A stretch of DNA of 64,000 bases from Lytechinus pictus (taxonomy: Eukaryota): NCBI RefSeq assembly GCF_037042905.1, contig NC_087250.1, positions 28,212,001-28,276,000 on the forward strand, given 5' to 3'. The number at the start of each line of letters is the position of its first letter. Within the stretch, counting starts at the first letter, position 1. The notes under the pieces are model-generated. The model worked only from the letters and a program-made list of their open reading frames with translations. It made no database searches and was not told the DNA's origin. Positions 1 through 14,077 of this stretch are shown here, in pieces. Position numbers and translations under genes: made by a program.

Positions 1-1375
1 CAAAACGGAATACATAAGATGCCTCATAGAAAAAATCGAAAGCGTGATGAAACGAATGCGATGGAGAGCACACTTTAATTCTTTCATACGGGATCATCTA
101 CAGGTGATAACGATGGCGACAGTGATACCGAGGAAGCACTGAAAAACTACGGCCTTCGGTCTAAACGCACACCACCCCAAGTTGAAGAAATGGCGGGTTT
201 TGAGATCGAAGGACATGCTCAGCATGGTGGACACCCTTCAATTCAGGCAAGTGAACAATCAATTTCAATCTAATCTCAATAAAGATAACCACTCTGAAAG
301 TGGAATGCCTCTGGCGGTCTCACCTGCATCACGCGATTCAATATAGCAGCAGTGCTGACTTTGAAAACTACTATAACTCGCACAAGATGTTCTCAGTGAT
401 ACCTGGTTACTCTTATTTCCACGTTTTATGAACTAGACCAATACACTTACATAGGTATGATGGTAATTCAACATATACCCCAACGTGGCCAAAGTTCATT
501 GACCCTAAATGACCTTTGACCTTGATCATGTGACCTGAAACTTGCACAGGATGTTCAATGGTACTTGATTAACCTTATATCTAAGTTTCATAAACTAGGA
601 CCATATACTTTCTAAGTTATGATGTCATTTCAAAAACTTAACCTCAGGTTAAGATTTGATGTTGACGCCGCCGCCGCCGTCGGAAAAGCGGCGCCTATAG
701 TATCACTCTGCTATGCAGGTGAGACAACAAATAAACACTTCTGAGAAGGTATTTGTCCAGGCGGATAAAACCAGAAATATGTATTTGATGAAACCTGAAA
801 AGTACAATAAAGCTACTAACCGATAATATCACTAAAAATATAAGAGAGCAGAACCAGAAGCAACAATAGGAATTCGACAGAATAACTGTGGCCCTTAACA
901 TCCGAGACCAAATAGGCAACACTGCTCATCATCCAGCTTTCATCACCATAAAAGACCATACAGAAAACTTCAGAAACAGCCCAAAAGCCAGACTAATAAA
1001 CCCCACCAAATCCGAACTATGTAAAGTAAGTAAACAGATGCTTGACCGTATAAACAACGACATTAGGAAGAAAACTAAAGAAAACCGGTGGATTACTGGA
1101 TTAGCACTGCGAATGTCATCGAATGGTTTACAAAGTTACCCGATAAAAACACGCTCACTTTTTTGGTCTTCTACATAGTCGACGTCTACCCCTCTATCTC
1201 CCAAGACCTCCTCCTCAAATGATTTAAGTGGGCTGAAAGGTACACCTCTCTCAGTAATATCGAAAAAGACACCATCATGCATGCTAGAAGAACTCTCCTC
1301 TTTGACAACAGCAATGAACCTTGGATAAAAAGGGAGGCACAACGCCAATTCGATGTCTCAATGGGGGCCTACGAC
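1..1375 (+). mobile_element. Penelope-like retroelement, decayed N-terminal/RT part (interrupted by the element at ~296-730)
   Basis: Frameshifted translation gives LIEKIESVMKRMRWRAHF, VFVQADKTRNMY, AFITIKDH..NFRNSPKARLINPTKSEL and FDVSMGAYD, which I recognise as typical PLE RT segments. It ends at ATG GGG GCC TAC GAC (1361-1375). Confidence 0.85.
296..730. mobile_element. Non-autonomous repeat with DINE-1/HINE (Helentron-associated)-like architecture
   Basis: Perfect 13-bp subterminal inverted repeat GTCTCACCTGCAT (317-329)/ATGCAGGTGAGAC (713-725), a (GCC)n tract and a 3' stem-loop. It interrupts the PLE reading frame. A partial second copy lies at ~57878-58040. The family label is inference. 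Confidence 0.6.
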
Positions 1376-1559
1376 AACTGTTAAGGTCTTAAAGTGTTAA
1401 CTACTGCTATCGCGTAACTCGCTCTCTAGCTTATTGAAAATGTGTCCAGTGTGTGCGCGCACTGCCTCTGTGTTTGCCTCTGTGTTGTTTGGGATCGGAT
1501 GCACGCATATATAGGATCCTCTACATGCACAAGCACACGATTGCCTCCTACATGTATGA

Positions 1560-4255
1560 TTTGCTCTTAATGAAAAATATGCTGCACTTTTTTACCAAGT
1601 TACTATATGTCCTAAATTTCTTTTTTATTTGTATTTTTAGAATGGACTTCAAACCAAAAAGGATGAAAAACTTAACCAGAAGCATATAGAGTGGTTTGTG
1701 CGTGAATATTTTACAAATTAGAATAACATGGATTGAAAAAAGTAAAGGCTGGGGCCAGTGGCGTACCGTGGGTCACGGCATTGGGGGGGGCACCTGCAAA
1801 AATTTTGAGTCACTTAGTGAGCGCGCGAAGCGCTCTCAGTTGCCAGGTATACTGACCCAATAGAGACACTGATTTTAAGGACAATGCCATTGAACAGATA
1901 TATGTATCTCACTGGCCAAATAATGCGAGCGCGAAGCGCGAGCTGAAAATTTTTGATATTCAGACCTAATAAGGGACATTATAGTCAAATTTTTGTAATC
2001 ATAATACGTATATCTGTCTCGCTAAACAATGCGAGCGCGAAGCGCGAGCTGAATTTTTTTATATATTGACCCCAAACGGAGATTTTAAGGACTATATTTT
2101 AGGAATCCATTAAGAGTACACCCATCTCACCATAGTCATCTAATGTGAGTGCCAAGCGCTTGCTGAAGTTTGTTGGAATAACATCTAAACACATGAAGCA
2201 CTTTTTGTAGTCATTGTAATCATGATTATCATACGCATCTCATTAATCAAATATTGCGAGCGCGAAGCGCGAGCTGAAAATTTAGATAATTCAGATCAGA
2301 AGTGGGAGCATTCTAAGGCTTGCTTGTAGGAATTCAGACCATACGTATTTCACTAACCAATCGATGCGAGCGCGAAGCGCGAGTCGAAAATTTTTGATAT
2401 TCAGATGAGAAAAAGGGACATTTTAAGGACTGATTTTAGGAATTCATGAAGGGCAGACATATCTCACCAATCCACTAATGCGAACGTAATCACGGACAGG
2501 AAATGTTTTTTTTTATTAAGACCTTAACATGGGGCAATCACTTTAAGCAGTCATGAAAAAGAAGCATATGTCACTACATTAAACAATAACTCGAAGTGCG
2601 AGGAAATATATTTGGTGTATATTGACTTGAAAACGGGGGGTTTTAGTAAAATAGGATTATATATCTCGTTAAGCAGACAATGCGAGCACCAGGAACAATG
2701 AAGACATAGGTCCTGAGCAAATTATGTTTCATAAAGTTATGATAAAAATGTCTGTTATGTAATGTAACATAACATAATTATAATATAGTATAACATTATA
2801 ATGAATAATAATGTCTTCTTTCCTACTACGTTTCTCTTCTTTTCTCCCTCTTTTTCTCCTTATTCTCCTTTTCCCCGTTTTTTTTTTTTTTTTTTTTTTT
2901 TGGTCAGCCGATTGGGGGGGCACGTGCCCCCCCATGCCCCCCCGTAGTTACGCCACTGGCTGGGGCAATGCTTAACATATTTTCATTTGGAGGGGGGGGG
3001 GGCAAAGACATAAGGGAACTTATATTCATCAGGTTATTATATGTCTTGAATTTCTTTTATTCTTATTTTTAGAATGGACTACAAACGAAAAAAAAAGGGA
3101 TAAAAAACTTAACCAGAAGCATATAGAGTGTTTTGTGCGTGAACCGTTACAAATTAGAATAACATGGATTCAAAAAGTAAAAGCTGGGGCGGCGCTTAAC
3201 ATATTTTTATCTGGAGGGGGGGGGGGTAGGCAAAGACAATAAGGGTACTTATATTTACCAGGTTATTATATGTCTAAAATCTCTTTTTTATTTGTATTTT
3301 TAGAATGGACTACAAACCAAAAAAGGAAGAAAAACTTAACCAGAATTAATAGAGTGTTTTGTGCGTGAAATGTTAAAAATTAGAATAACATGGATTTAAA
3401 AAGTAAATCTGGGGCAATGCTTAACATATTTTCATTTGGAAGGGGGGGGAGGCAAAGACCTAAGGGAACTTATATTCATCAGGTTATTATATGTCTTGAA
3501 TTTCTTTTATTTTTAGTTTTAGAATGGACTACAAACGAAAAAAAGGAGAAAAAACTTAACCAGAAGCCTATAGAGTGTTTTGTGCGTGAACATTTTACAA
3601 ATTAGAAAAACATGGATTCAAAAAGTAAATCTGGGGCAATGCTTAACATATTTTCATTTGGAAGGGGGGGGGGAGGCAAAGACCTAAGGGAACTTATATT
3701 CATCAGGTTATTATATGTCTTGAATTTCTTTTATTTTTAGTTTTAGAATGGACTACAAACGAAAAAAAGGAGAAAAAACTTAACCAGAATTAATAGAGTG
3801 TTTTGTGCGTGAAATGTTAAAAATTAGAATAACATGGATTTAAAAAGTAAATCTGGGGCAATGCTTAACATATTTTCATTTGGAAGGGGGGGGGGAGGCA
3901 AAGACCTAAGGGAACTTATATTCATCAGGTTATTATATGTCTTGAATTTCTTTTATTTTTAGTTTTAGAATGGACTACAAACGAAAAAAAGGAGAAAAAA
4001 CTTAACCAGAAGCCTATAGAGTGTTTTGTGCGTGAACATTTTACAAATTAGAAAAACATGGATTCAAAAAGTAAAAGCTGGGGCGGCGCTTAACATATTT
4101 TTATTTGGAGAGGGGGGGGGGTAGGCAAAGACAATAAGGGTACTTATATTCATCAGGTTATTATATGTCTTGAATTTCTTTTATTTTTATTTTTAGAATG
4201 GACTACAAACGAAAAGAAGGAGAAAAAACTTAACCAGAAGCCTATAGAGTGTTTC
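1560..4255. repeat. ~221-225-bp tandem repeat (about 7 units, poly-G in most), interrupted by a hAT-like MITE
   Basis: TTAACATATTTT..GG(G)n..GCAAAGAC recurs at ~2972, 3197, 3421, 3643, 3865 and 4090. A partial first unit lies at 1560-1755. Confidence 0.9.
1756..2958. mobile_element. hAT-like MITE
   Basis: TIR CAGTGGCGTA/TACGCCACTG and perfect 8-bp TSD GCTGGGGC (1748-1755, 2959-2966). Internal GCGAGCGCGAAGCGCGAGC repeats. Confidence 0.9.
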
Positions 4256-6572
4256 TACAATTTCCATAGTTCTCACCATAAAAACATTTTTTTGTCATCT
4301 TATGCATGGGTTTTTACGTTTTGTTTACAAAGGTTTTAAGAGCAATACTATTATATATTTTTTTATTTCAACCGACAATCATGACAATGTTGACTATTTG
4401 AGCATTTTCATTGATGCTTACTTCTACGCAAGACACATTGCTGCAGTAAAAAAAAAAAAAAAAAAAAAATTGTGCCTCTCGAAAGTAGATCAGCCACTGC
4501 TGTCCCTTTCAAAAATATTTTCAACTTCATTAAATTTCATGGGTGATCATCTGTATGTCAATCATGGCGTATTCGGAAGGGGTGTCTCCATCAACCCGTG
4601 TTTTTATTAAAGAAAAAATATTCCAGTTCATTCCATCACATTATTTCAAATATTACTAACAGGAAAAGTACGTATGCACATGAAATACAATCGCCGAAGA
4701 ATCACCATGATTTTAATTTCGTTGACGATTAACATATAAAAATTGAAATAAAAGATTTGAATCTGAAATTGAGCGGGAAAAGCTATATTATCAGCCTCAA
4801 CTTTCATGGGGTGCACGCCTTTCCCCTGTGTACTGCACTTGTACTAATTGGTACCTAGTGCACATATAAAAAAAAACGAAATGACTCATTGAACCATTTC
4901 CCTTCTCAAGCTCTTTCTCTTACTTATTTTCTCCCCCCCCCCCCCCCCAGTTTTAGAACTTTTGAGAATAGAGCCAGAGTCTCTTTCGTTACGCCAGTGG
5001 TTTGAATCATTAATAAACTAATTATTTTTTTCATAATAGTAAACAGAGTAGGATTATACGTTGTAAACGTGGGTATTTATTGCCATGTCAGAGGTGAAAG
5101 TTAGCATTTCAAATAGTAGAAAAACAAATTCTTATTAAGGTGAAAAACTCTTTGGGAAAACTTGTTTATTTGTAAAAGAAGAAAAGCAAGATCTGAAAAG
5201 ACATCGTTCTCTTAGTTTATTCTGATTTTGGCCTCGGAAAATTGTCAGCTCAGCGCATAGTATTTCTCTATAAATTAGCTAAATCGCCGTCTTGGTTAAA
5301 AGATAATTTCAGATTTTTCTCAGTCTTCTCGCGCTCATCTTTTCTCATAGACCGCGGGTCATACATCCAATATAAGCCTCACCTCTTGTATATTCCTATT
5401 TTTTGTCACATTTTAGAGAAAAAAAATTACCGAACATTAATTCATAACTCGTCAGTGTCAAAAGTGCATATTCGTCACATCTTTTCAATTCCACAATACT
5501 TTTACTGTGCTGGTGCTCACACACATTATTCATTATTTACATATATTACCCTAGCCCCTTGTCTATGGCCAAATACACGGTAAGCCCCTGGTTACCTAGC
5601 CCGAGAGCAGCCAAGACTGGCAAGAGCAGGGCTGCGCGGATCCAGGATTTCGTAGGGAGGGGGCCCAAATTCGACCTGATTTTGGCGCCCCTGTGTACTT
5701 TTCGGAAAAATGGCGGCCCCTCCCTCCCCCAGGCAATTATAAGTGCCTTAAATGCATGTTAAATTATCTAATTTCATAGGCACATGAAGAAGAGGCAATT
5801 GAATAATGGTTTTATAATGATGTGTTCATGAATAAATGCAATACCACTTTAAAAAAGAATCAATGCGAGCGCGAAGCGCGAGCGATTTCTATTTCAAACA
5901 TTTGATGCTTTCAATCTCGTTTAAGATCTCATCAGAGCAGGCCCTGCAAGAATTATGTGAGCGGGAGCCAGGCACGGATCCAGGATTTCTTAGGGGCCCC
6001 TAATTTCAAGTCAAGTAATAATCGTGCCAAAATGACTCCCACTGCCGAATGGGTAATGTCTAGTTACTTCACACATAAACCTCTCTTGCATTGTATAGGC
6101 ATACTTCGTTCTTCTGGGTACTCCCATTTTTTTTTCTACTTTTTGTTTCAGGGCTTGAAAAATCTTACGAAATAGATTGCTTGAATCTGTGAAATCATTA
6201 AGTCCAAAATTTTTTTATGCATGTTTGTATTATGTATGTAATAGTAATGGTAATTATACATCAATAGAAATGTTTTGACCTTGTCGGCAAATAATGGCTC
6301 TTTTTTGGGGGGGTGATATTCGGTTGGCAAGCAAAATCCACAGAGTGATGCACGAAATGTTGACGTGCGCACAAAATGTTCCAGTCTTTCTTTTGGTAAA
6401 TATCAAATATCATAGAGTCTATGTCAACTATTGTATGAGAAGGCCCCAAAGCAGGGTATGAAATGCACTGGAACTCAGCTCTAAGGCCGATTTTTTAGCC
6501 TCCCCATATGGACTAGCCGTCAGTCAATTATCCTCACAGGCTGGGGTTCAATGTATAACATACTAACATCAC

Positions 6573-8008
6573 CAACCGCGTAGCCAGGATTGCATTTTCG
6601 AGGAGGCGGTAAATGCACGCGAAGCGTGCCAGTACTTACAAAGCGCGCGAAGCGCGTTCCCTAGGGGGTGGGTGCAGGGAGTTCCCCCCCCCTCCCGCGC
6701 AAAGCGCGAAGCTTTCGGTGTTTCATAAATTAAAATCCAAAGGAGCCGTCTCTCTTGTCTCTAGTACCTATATCAGCCCCAATTCAGTTGACTATATTGT
6801 GATTTTAAACATAGTTTTCAAAAGTGATTGTGAACGCACAAAAAGGGGATAAAACGGAGGAAATTCAAATAATATTAACCCCGTGCGAAGCGCCGAAGCT
6901 AAAGCATTTTATCATTTTTCTGCAAAGAAAAGGGTCCCGAGAAAAAGGGTATTCTCTAATTCACATTGAATACTTTCCTTGGAAAGATCAGATTTGATTA
7001 CAAATAATTTAGCGACAGTGAATATCTTAACTCGCAAAACAGGTGAGAAGAAGGATATCTGCCGAGAGGAAGATATGCCTCTCCGCGCAGAGCAATGAAT
7101 CTCTGAAATTCAAAAAGGCAGACGTTTCAATCAATGCAGATATCTCTAATACCCCCATCGGCTCTAATTAAATTTTTTTTTATAAGATTATTGAACTTCA
7201 TTACAAGGAAAATAGTGTGCAAAAAGTTGAAACTTCTGAGATTTATTGAAATTATATAAAACGGGATGATGTATAATTTCTTTGACTTATCCTGATGCGC
7301 TTCATTTTGAATGAAAAAGAAACTCAAGTGTCATTCGCAATTTCACACTGAGGGCGCAAAAAATGCAGAACATGAGATGAAGTTAAGTAGAAGTTAAGAA
7401 AAATATTGTATTTTTTTATTTGATACGGCACGAATTTTATACCTTCCTCTTTTTAAATTAGGAACCTGTTTGCCCCCATATTATGGTTGTTTAGTATAAA
7501 AATGAGCTGAAAAGCGGGATAATTTGCCTATATTGAGCTGACGGCAGAAAGTGATATAAAGATTTTACCCGCCCGGAGCCGACCCGACCAGAAGTTACGC
7601 GATCAATTAAAAAAAACGATAACTTCATACTTCGGCCTATCCTTACTCTAATTTCATGTCCTAATGTATATTTGAACTTTAACTGGCAAGAAACACATAT
7701 AGCTGAGGTGGAAAAATAGAGTTATATAAAAAGGGTGAGGGAAACAAAGGAGAACTGCAATAATTATTGTCATTAAACGCGCGCAGCGCGGAAGCAAAAT
7801 TCATATATTTAAATTTAGAGCAAGAGTGAAGAAGTTTCTTCTTTGAGAAAAAAAAGAATAAAAAGAAAGTCCACAAAGCTACCTTTCTTCCCTTTCCTTC
7901 CTTCGCTTTTCCTTTTCTCCTCTTTTTTTCTCCTTTTTTTTTCTTTTTGGGGACGTTGGGGGGGGGGGGGGGGGGACCGTCCCCACCGCCCCCCTGGCTA
8001 CGCGCCTG
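6573..8008. mobile_element. hAT-like MITE
   Basis: TIR CAACCGCGTAGCCAGG/CCTGGCTACGCGCCTG; 8-bp TSD AACATCAC/GACATCAC (1 mismatch). Confidence 0.8.
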
Positions 8009-8127
8009 GACATCACTAAGGTCGAAATACATTCATGACTATGATGGTCAACTGGTCATGAGCTTTGAGCCATATTTCAAAGGAAACAAATATTCGATTT
8101 GGCATAACTGAACATTTTTTGCCGTGA

Positions 8128-8458
8128 ATTTTTTTTTGTTTTGTAATAGTATTTATCAAAGTCATTCAGTTCACAATCATACAAGTAATATAATATCAAC
8201 AAAACACTGTTCACAAAGTCAAATAAATAATTATTCATAATACAAAAAATTATACGTACAAAAAAAATACAGAATATAACATTCGAGTTATCTAGAACAA
8301 AGTACTAGTAAATACTTAGTCTGTAGAAAGAAAGAAAAAAAAAACAGACATAACACCAAAAAATGTATAGCAACGCAATTGAACTGAATGAGTAAAGAAG
8401 TAAAACACCCTCCCATCCCACTGCCCCCCCCCTCCATATCCCATCTAAGCCCAGCCCA
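8128..8458 (-). mobile_element. Probable distal 3' UTR and poly(A) tail of the L1/Tx1 LINE, separated from its body by the 13.4-kb element
   Basis: The minus strand ends ...ATAAATACTATTACAAAACAAAAAAAAA. The C-rich + strand composition continues across the CA target duplication into 21896 onward. Confidence 0.5.
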
Positions 8459-11400
8459 CCCTTACAAAAAATTCCTGCAGTACTTTAGTGGTACTCTGTT
8501 GTACCTGTGTGATACTTCTGTCATACACGACGGTACCGCAGAATTACCACAGGACTTCTGTGGTATCACTCTGTGATAGTTCTGTCATACTTCTGTGGTA
8601 CATGAAAATATGAAAATTTCCTGCAATACCTTAATGGTACTCTGTCGTACCTGTGTGATATTTATGTTGTACAAAACTGTATACAGAATTACGACAGGAC
8701 TTCTGCGGTATCACTCTGTGATAGTTCTGTCATACTTCTGTGGTACATGAAAATATGAAAATTTCATGCAATACCTTAATGGTACTCTGTCGTACCTGTG
8801 TGATACTTCTGTTGTACATAACTGTATACAATATCACTCTGTGATAGTTATGTCGTACTTCTGTTGTACATGAAAATTCTAAAATATCCTGCAGTACTTC
8901 TATGACAACCCTGCGATACTTCTGTTGTATATGAACATTTTTTTAATTTCCTGCAGTACTCCTATTACTACGCACTTCTATGGAAACCCTGTGATACTTC
9001 TGTGGTAAATGAAAATTTTGAAATTTCCTGCAGGACTCAATATAGGCACTTCTAAAATTCTATGGCAACCCCAGTGCTATACTTTCAAAATTTCCTGCGG
9101 TACTTCTCATGCAGCCACCCCAGAAATATGACTGAAACTGTATCACAGACGTTATGGTGTATTTTCTGTGGTACATGAAAAATTTAGTTTCCTTCAGTAC
9201 TTGCATGGAAGCCCTGTTTGTACCACAGACTAAATTTTTGTTATTTCCAGTGAAGGATTTATCTTTTTTCTTCAGTTTCGGGAGAGGTCAGTAGCGTATT
9301 GAGTCTTATATTTTTAGAAGGCCATTTGGCTTAAAAGGGCACCATTCATTTTAAAAAGTAAAATTTTTTATATGAAAAATTGTGACATATAGGCCCTATT
9401 TGAAAATTATATTTCACCCTGTCCCATTGTGTAGGTCTATATCAGCGAGGGGGGGTTATGCCTACTGAGACTCAGAGGTTTTAAGTTTGATAGCTTCTAT
9501 TTCTACGAGAAAGGGTACTATACGTACTAGATCAAAACTAGGAGCAAAGCGCGAACTGAAAAATTCGAAAAATTATTGACCCCAAAATGGGCAACTTATA
9601 TTTTGAGGACTCTTGTTCGTTTTCAGGGTTATTTCTTTTTCATGCGCTCTTTTAAATTTCAATTATCATTTGTTTTGTTTGTTCGCCACTTATTTTTCAT
9701 AAAAAACAGGATGAATAATAAAAAAATTGACTACATTTAAAAGGGTACGTGTTGAAATATACAGGACACACCTAACACCCTTAGAGCTTAATGGTTGTGA
9801 GGAAGCCGGGTTGAATTTCAAAGAGATATTGTAATGAATAAAAACATAAGCATGAACGTATTATTCTACTTCATCCATCTCTTTCTAACAATACAAGAAA
9901 ATAATTGAAGGGGAGGTCAAGGCTAGAGATAATCAATAAATAAAGTAAAATTCACAGAGCAAAATGCTTAAAATTTATTCAAAATCGGATGACAAATAAC
10001 GAAGTTAAGTTGAATTTTAAGGATTTGCAATATTCCCATGAAACAGTTTTATTTAGGCATGTCTCATGAATATTCAATAGGTGGGCTGATGATGTCATAT
10101 CCCATGTTCTTTTGTACCTTATATGAAATTAGGTTTATTCAACATATTTCTACCAAGAACTGAAACAATTGGAATGACAACTGATTAACCGCATTAGTTA
10201 TTTAATGCAGCAACTTCATTACAATGGAGACACATTATTTACACATGTATTGAAAAAATTAGATAATCATAATTTCATATCTAACATTAAAAAAGGAAAA
10301 TAGGAATGTCACATCATCAGCCCACCAAATGAATATTCATGACGATGTGCACACTATCTGTTTTCACAAAATATTGATAAACAATTAACATAAGAAAGTT
10401 CAGCGTTGAATGTTGATTAAAAAATAAATCTCAGTTAAAATGCTATCTAAGATTTTGTTTTAAATGTTTGATAACCAAGTTTTAATGCGATACTGGCCCC
10501 TTGAAGTTTTTATTGCGAGAAAATACATTTTTCCAAGTTTCCCATCTATTTTTTTTTTTTTTTTTTTTTTTGTAAAAAGGACCTATTTTCTTACAAATAT
10601 ATTTTTACAAATAAAATTACTTCAATATTTGTTCTCCTATTCACAATATTTTTTTCTATTTTACAGGTGGAATAGGATAAACTAAAAATAGGATATTTAA
10701 TTTCTATTTTAAGGCCTTTTTTTTTTTTTGCTTTATATCCCCGGTTTATATCTTTGCAACCTTGCAATATGTTAGCCAGGCTGGTTTATATTTATTTCTT
10801 TTTAAATCAAATAAATTTGTATATTTTCAATCTATTTTTATGATGCGAGGCTATATATAGTTTGTAAATATGTTTTTTAATTGCAAGAACAATCTTGTAT
10901 CTCTGTTCACATATGATGGCAGTTTATTTTGCTTCTTTTTTCTAATTTGTATGAAGTTTGTATCTATATATTTTCAAACTATTTTCCATCCTTAAAGTGT
11001 CACGACCGATGTCATATTATTTTTTTACCTCGTTGGCAAAGTTATTATCTTTTCTTATGTTTCGCTTCAAAATGGTATCTTTATATTTGCTTGTCTTGCT
11101 CCTCCACCCCTTATCAAAATACCCTGCCGGCACTTGATCTAAGATTATTTTCTTTTACTACTTGAACCTTATAAAGGGGTCTTTCCTTCGATCGCAAGAA
11201 AGGATAAAATGTGTGTTTTTGAAAATAACTAAAATGAAAAATACATAGGATTGGAGCTGTGATTTTCCTCATTGATTTCTTTGTCATCCTACTTGCATAC
11301 TAGTAGGCCTGTAAGGCTATATAACATATTTTCAGTAAAAGCCCTGGTTTTAAATTGTGAGACATGTTTTTAAATCCTATCCTTATATTAAAAAAAAAAA

Positions 11401-11584
11401 GAATTAATAAAGAGAAAGAAAAAATTAAAAGACATAGAAAAGAAAAAGAAAGGAAGAAGAAATAGATATTTGAATTTTACTTATTCAATTACTTTACGTT
11501 AATAATATGATATATATGATGGCGAAAATAGTCAAATTGTCTGGTTGCCAAGTAAAAAGTAAGACCCCCCCCCCTCCCCGTACA

Positions 11585-11700
11585 AACGCACGGACTGCGG
11601 CTAACTAGTAATTTGCACGCGTGTACGTGTATATATGTTTCCGGTTCCGCCATTTGAAAAAAAAAACGTTCGTAACTGCTCAGCTGGACCTGAAGCTTGA
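11585..11700 (+). promoter_or_regulatory. Putative promoter/TSS region inside the CACTA-type element
   Basis: CpG-rich stretch (11585-12040) with ETS-like TTTCCGG and YY1-like CCGCCATTTG (11647-11656), followed by an exon-like segment ending in a perfect GTAAGT donor at 11795. Confidence 0.45.
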
Positions 11701-11794
11701 TGAAGAAGGCCGTCAATATTTCAACAAAAACTAACAGAATATGGATCAGATTCGGACAACGACTTCTTAAGACATTCACACAACAGGCTAAACA
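11700..11794 (+). other. Putative first exon (MKKAVNISTKTNRIWIRFGQRLLKTFTQQAK, phase-2 donor); parent transcript unknown
   Basis: ATG at 11700, open for 31 codons + 2 nt, then CA|GTAAGT. Confidence 0.4.
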
Positions 11795-12052
11795 GTAAGT
11801 TAGATCCATTTTTCGTAGTTTGGCGCGGCATGCACTTAAATTTCTTCGACTTTTTAATCATTACCGTACGGCCACTGCACTGCCGTTGTTCCCGATCGCT
11901 TAACGGGTGGGGGCTGATCTGCGGTGTGCGCGGCCGGGGACGGCCAACGGCTGGCTAGTATTGATGGCGGCGGCGCGGTGAGGATGTTTGTATCGTTATG
12001 ATTGTAGCCAGGTCAGGGGTGGCCTGGAGGCGTTTGGGGAGTGAAAGTAATA

Positions 12053-14077
12053 TACCGTAAGGGTACCGTATGGGTATGGCAGTGTATCCTATTGCCGGAC
12101 ACCTTTATTTCAGTCCTTTAAAAATGACAACTAGAGGAAATACAATCAAGAAAAATTTGCACTAGCTATTCCAAATATTATGAAAATTATGAATAGGGCC
12201 TATGGTAAAATTATTTTATATTTACCAACCATTTTCTTTGCATCGCACTTGCCGCATACCCCTCCACGAAAAACAGTTATTTTCGTGCGTGACAAATTAC
12301 ATCATGATTCCGGACGCGCGCCGGACGGGTAAAGATATATTCTTGATTATAATGATGTAAGAACAAATTTGTGTGATTTTTTCTTCTTATATCATATCAT
12401 GAGTAAATTCTAAGTTTTTGTTTGCTGTTTTTATATCGATTCTGAGCAGATGTTGGTAATAAATTCGTGTTTGATAACTTATTTTATTTTTTCTTGTTAG
12501 CTACATGTTTCATGGAACTTTCCAATATTATTATGCCCCATATTATGCTCGTTCGTATCGTGACGCTCATCAACAAGTTCTATCGATGCGCTGCCGATCG
12601 TCGACGGCTCTATACTCACGGTAAACCTCACGCACGGGTACCTTGAGAACTAGCCGTCGACGATCACCCACAATACACCACACCTCATCATTCGATCGAA
12701 GGAGGAGCGGACGAGATTGAAATTCGGCAGATCAGACCCATATTTCCGTTAGAAAATATATCAATTGTTAATGCAAAACTATGTTATTTGATATTTTAAG
12801 CATTTTCTGTCATTTTAGAGATAAATAAGGTAAAGGTTGGATTTTTTCGCCTTATTTTAGCAATCCTGTTCTATGTATTGCTCTGTGAAATTGAATTGTG
12901 GAAGTCTTACGGTACGAAATTGTTTTCGTACGCAGTAATATGAGCGTCCGGAATCATGATAGTGTCCGGTAATACAATACGTCACTATACTAGTATTCAA
13001 CCCGGCATAATTCAAAGATTTTGATATATTCCCCAAAATATTTAGAAATGGGGAATTTATCTTAATTTCACACCTTTGTTATTTCCAGGGTAATCTGTTG
13101 TCGATATTTTCTTTGTCAATCTGTCAACTGTATGCGCGGAGGATCGAATTATGCGGCGATGGCCTTTTGCACTGAATGGTACTAGTATTCAACCTAGTGA
13201 GGATTGATAGCAAATCTCGAAAGGATTTAGATTGCTAAATTAGATCTAGATCTATGTAAGTCTTTGGCTTTGATTAATCCCCTGTTTGGTTTCATCTCAA
13301 ATGGTCTAGTCCATAGTCGGATGGGACAAGGGCAGATTGAGAGACAGGGCCATCTTTCATCGCTAGGTTGAATACTAGTATAGTGAGTGATTGTATTACC
13401 GACCGGCCTTGTATTACCGAACGCGCGCATCATACGCATCAGAAAAAAATTCATACATTCAAAATTTCGCAACATTCTTCCAAAGAGAACTTGAATAGAA
13501 AGATGATGAAAAATGGTCAAAAACTCATTTTCAAAGTCTTATTTCTCTTAATATTCTAAAAACAATAAAATTTGGTCAAAATAACTCATCAGTGATTTTG
13601 TTGTTTTCTCAACTTTTCCCATAGAAAACACGCGTTCGGTAATACGATACCTTTTTCAAGTGGCCAAAATATTTCACATGCGAAGAGGGGTCCGATTGGA
13701 AGCAAAAATCGTAAAAAGGAAAAACGATTTCGGCAAAAATTTTACATATTTATATTTTGTAGGTAATTGTGTATTTATGGTGAAAGTTTGGTGAATTTTA
13801 CGAGAATAATGTGCTTGATATGATTGAATTCATGAAAAGTGTTCGGTAATACGATCCACTACCATACCGACGGGTTGAATACTAGTACCAAAATCCGTCG
13901 CCGTAAAATTTGATCGCCCCCGCACACAGTTAACTGGTTGAAGAAAAAAATAACGGAAAAAGAATAACCAGCATTTGCTCTTGGAAATAAGACGGGTCTG
14001 AAATTCAGGTAAATTCTATATTTCTATATATTTGAGGAAACTCTCCAAACGGGTTGAATACTAGTGCCCTTACGGTA
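12053..14077. mobile_element. Nested cluster of palindromic MITEs
   Basis: Outer ends TACCGTAAGGG/CCCTTACGGTA. Long imperfect inverted arms at ~12990-13195 and ~13870-14065. Inner TIR elements at ~12080-12988 and ~13380-13865 abut TACTAGTA sites. Confidence 0.65.
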
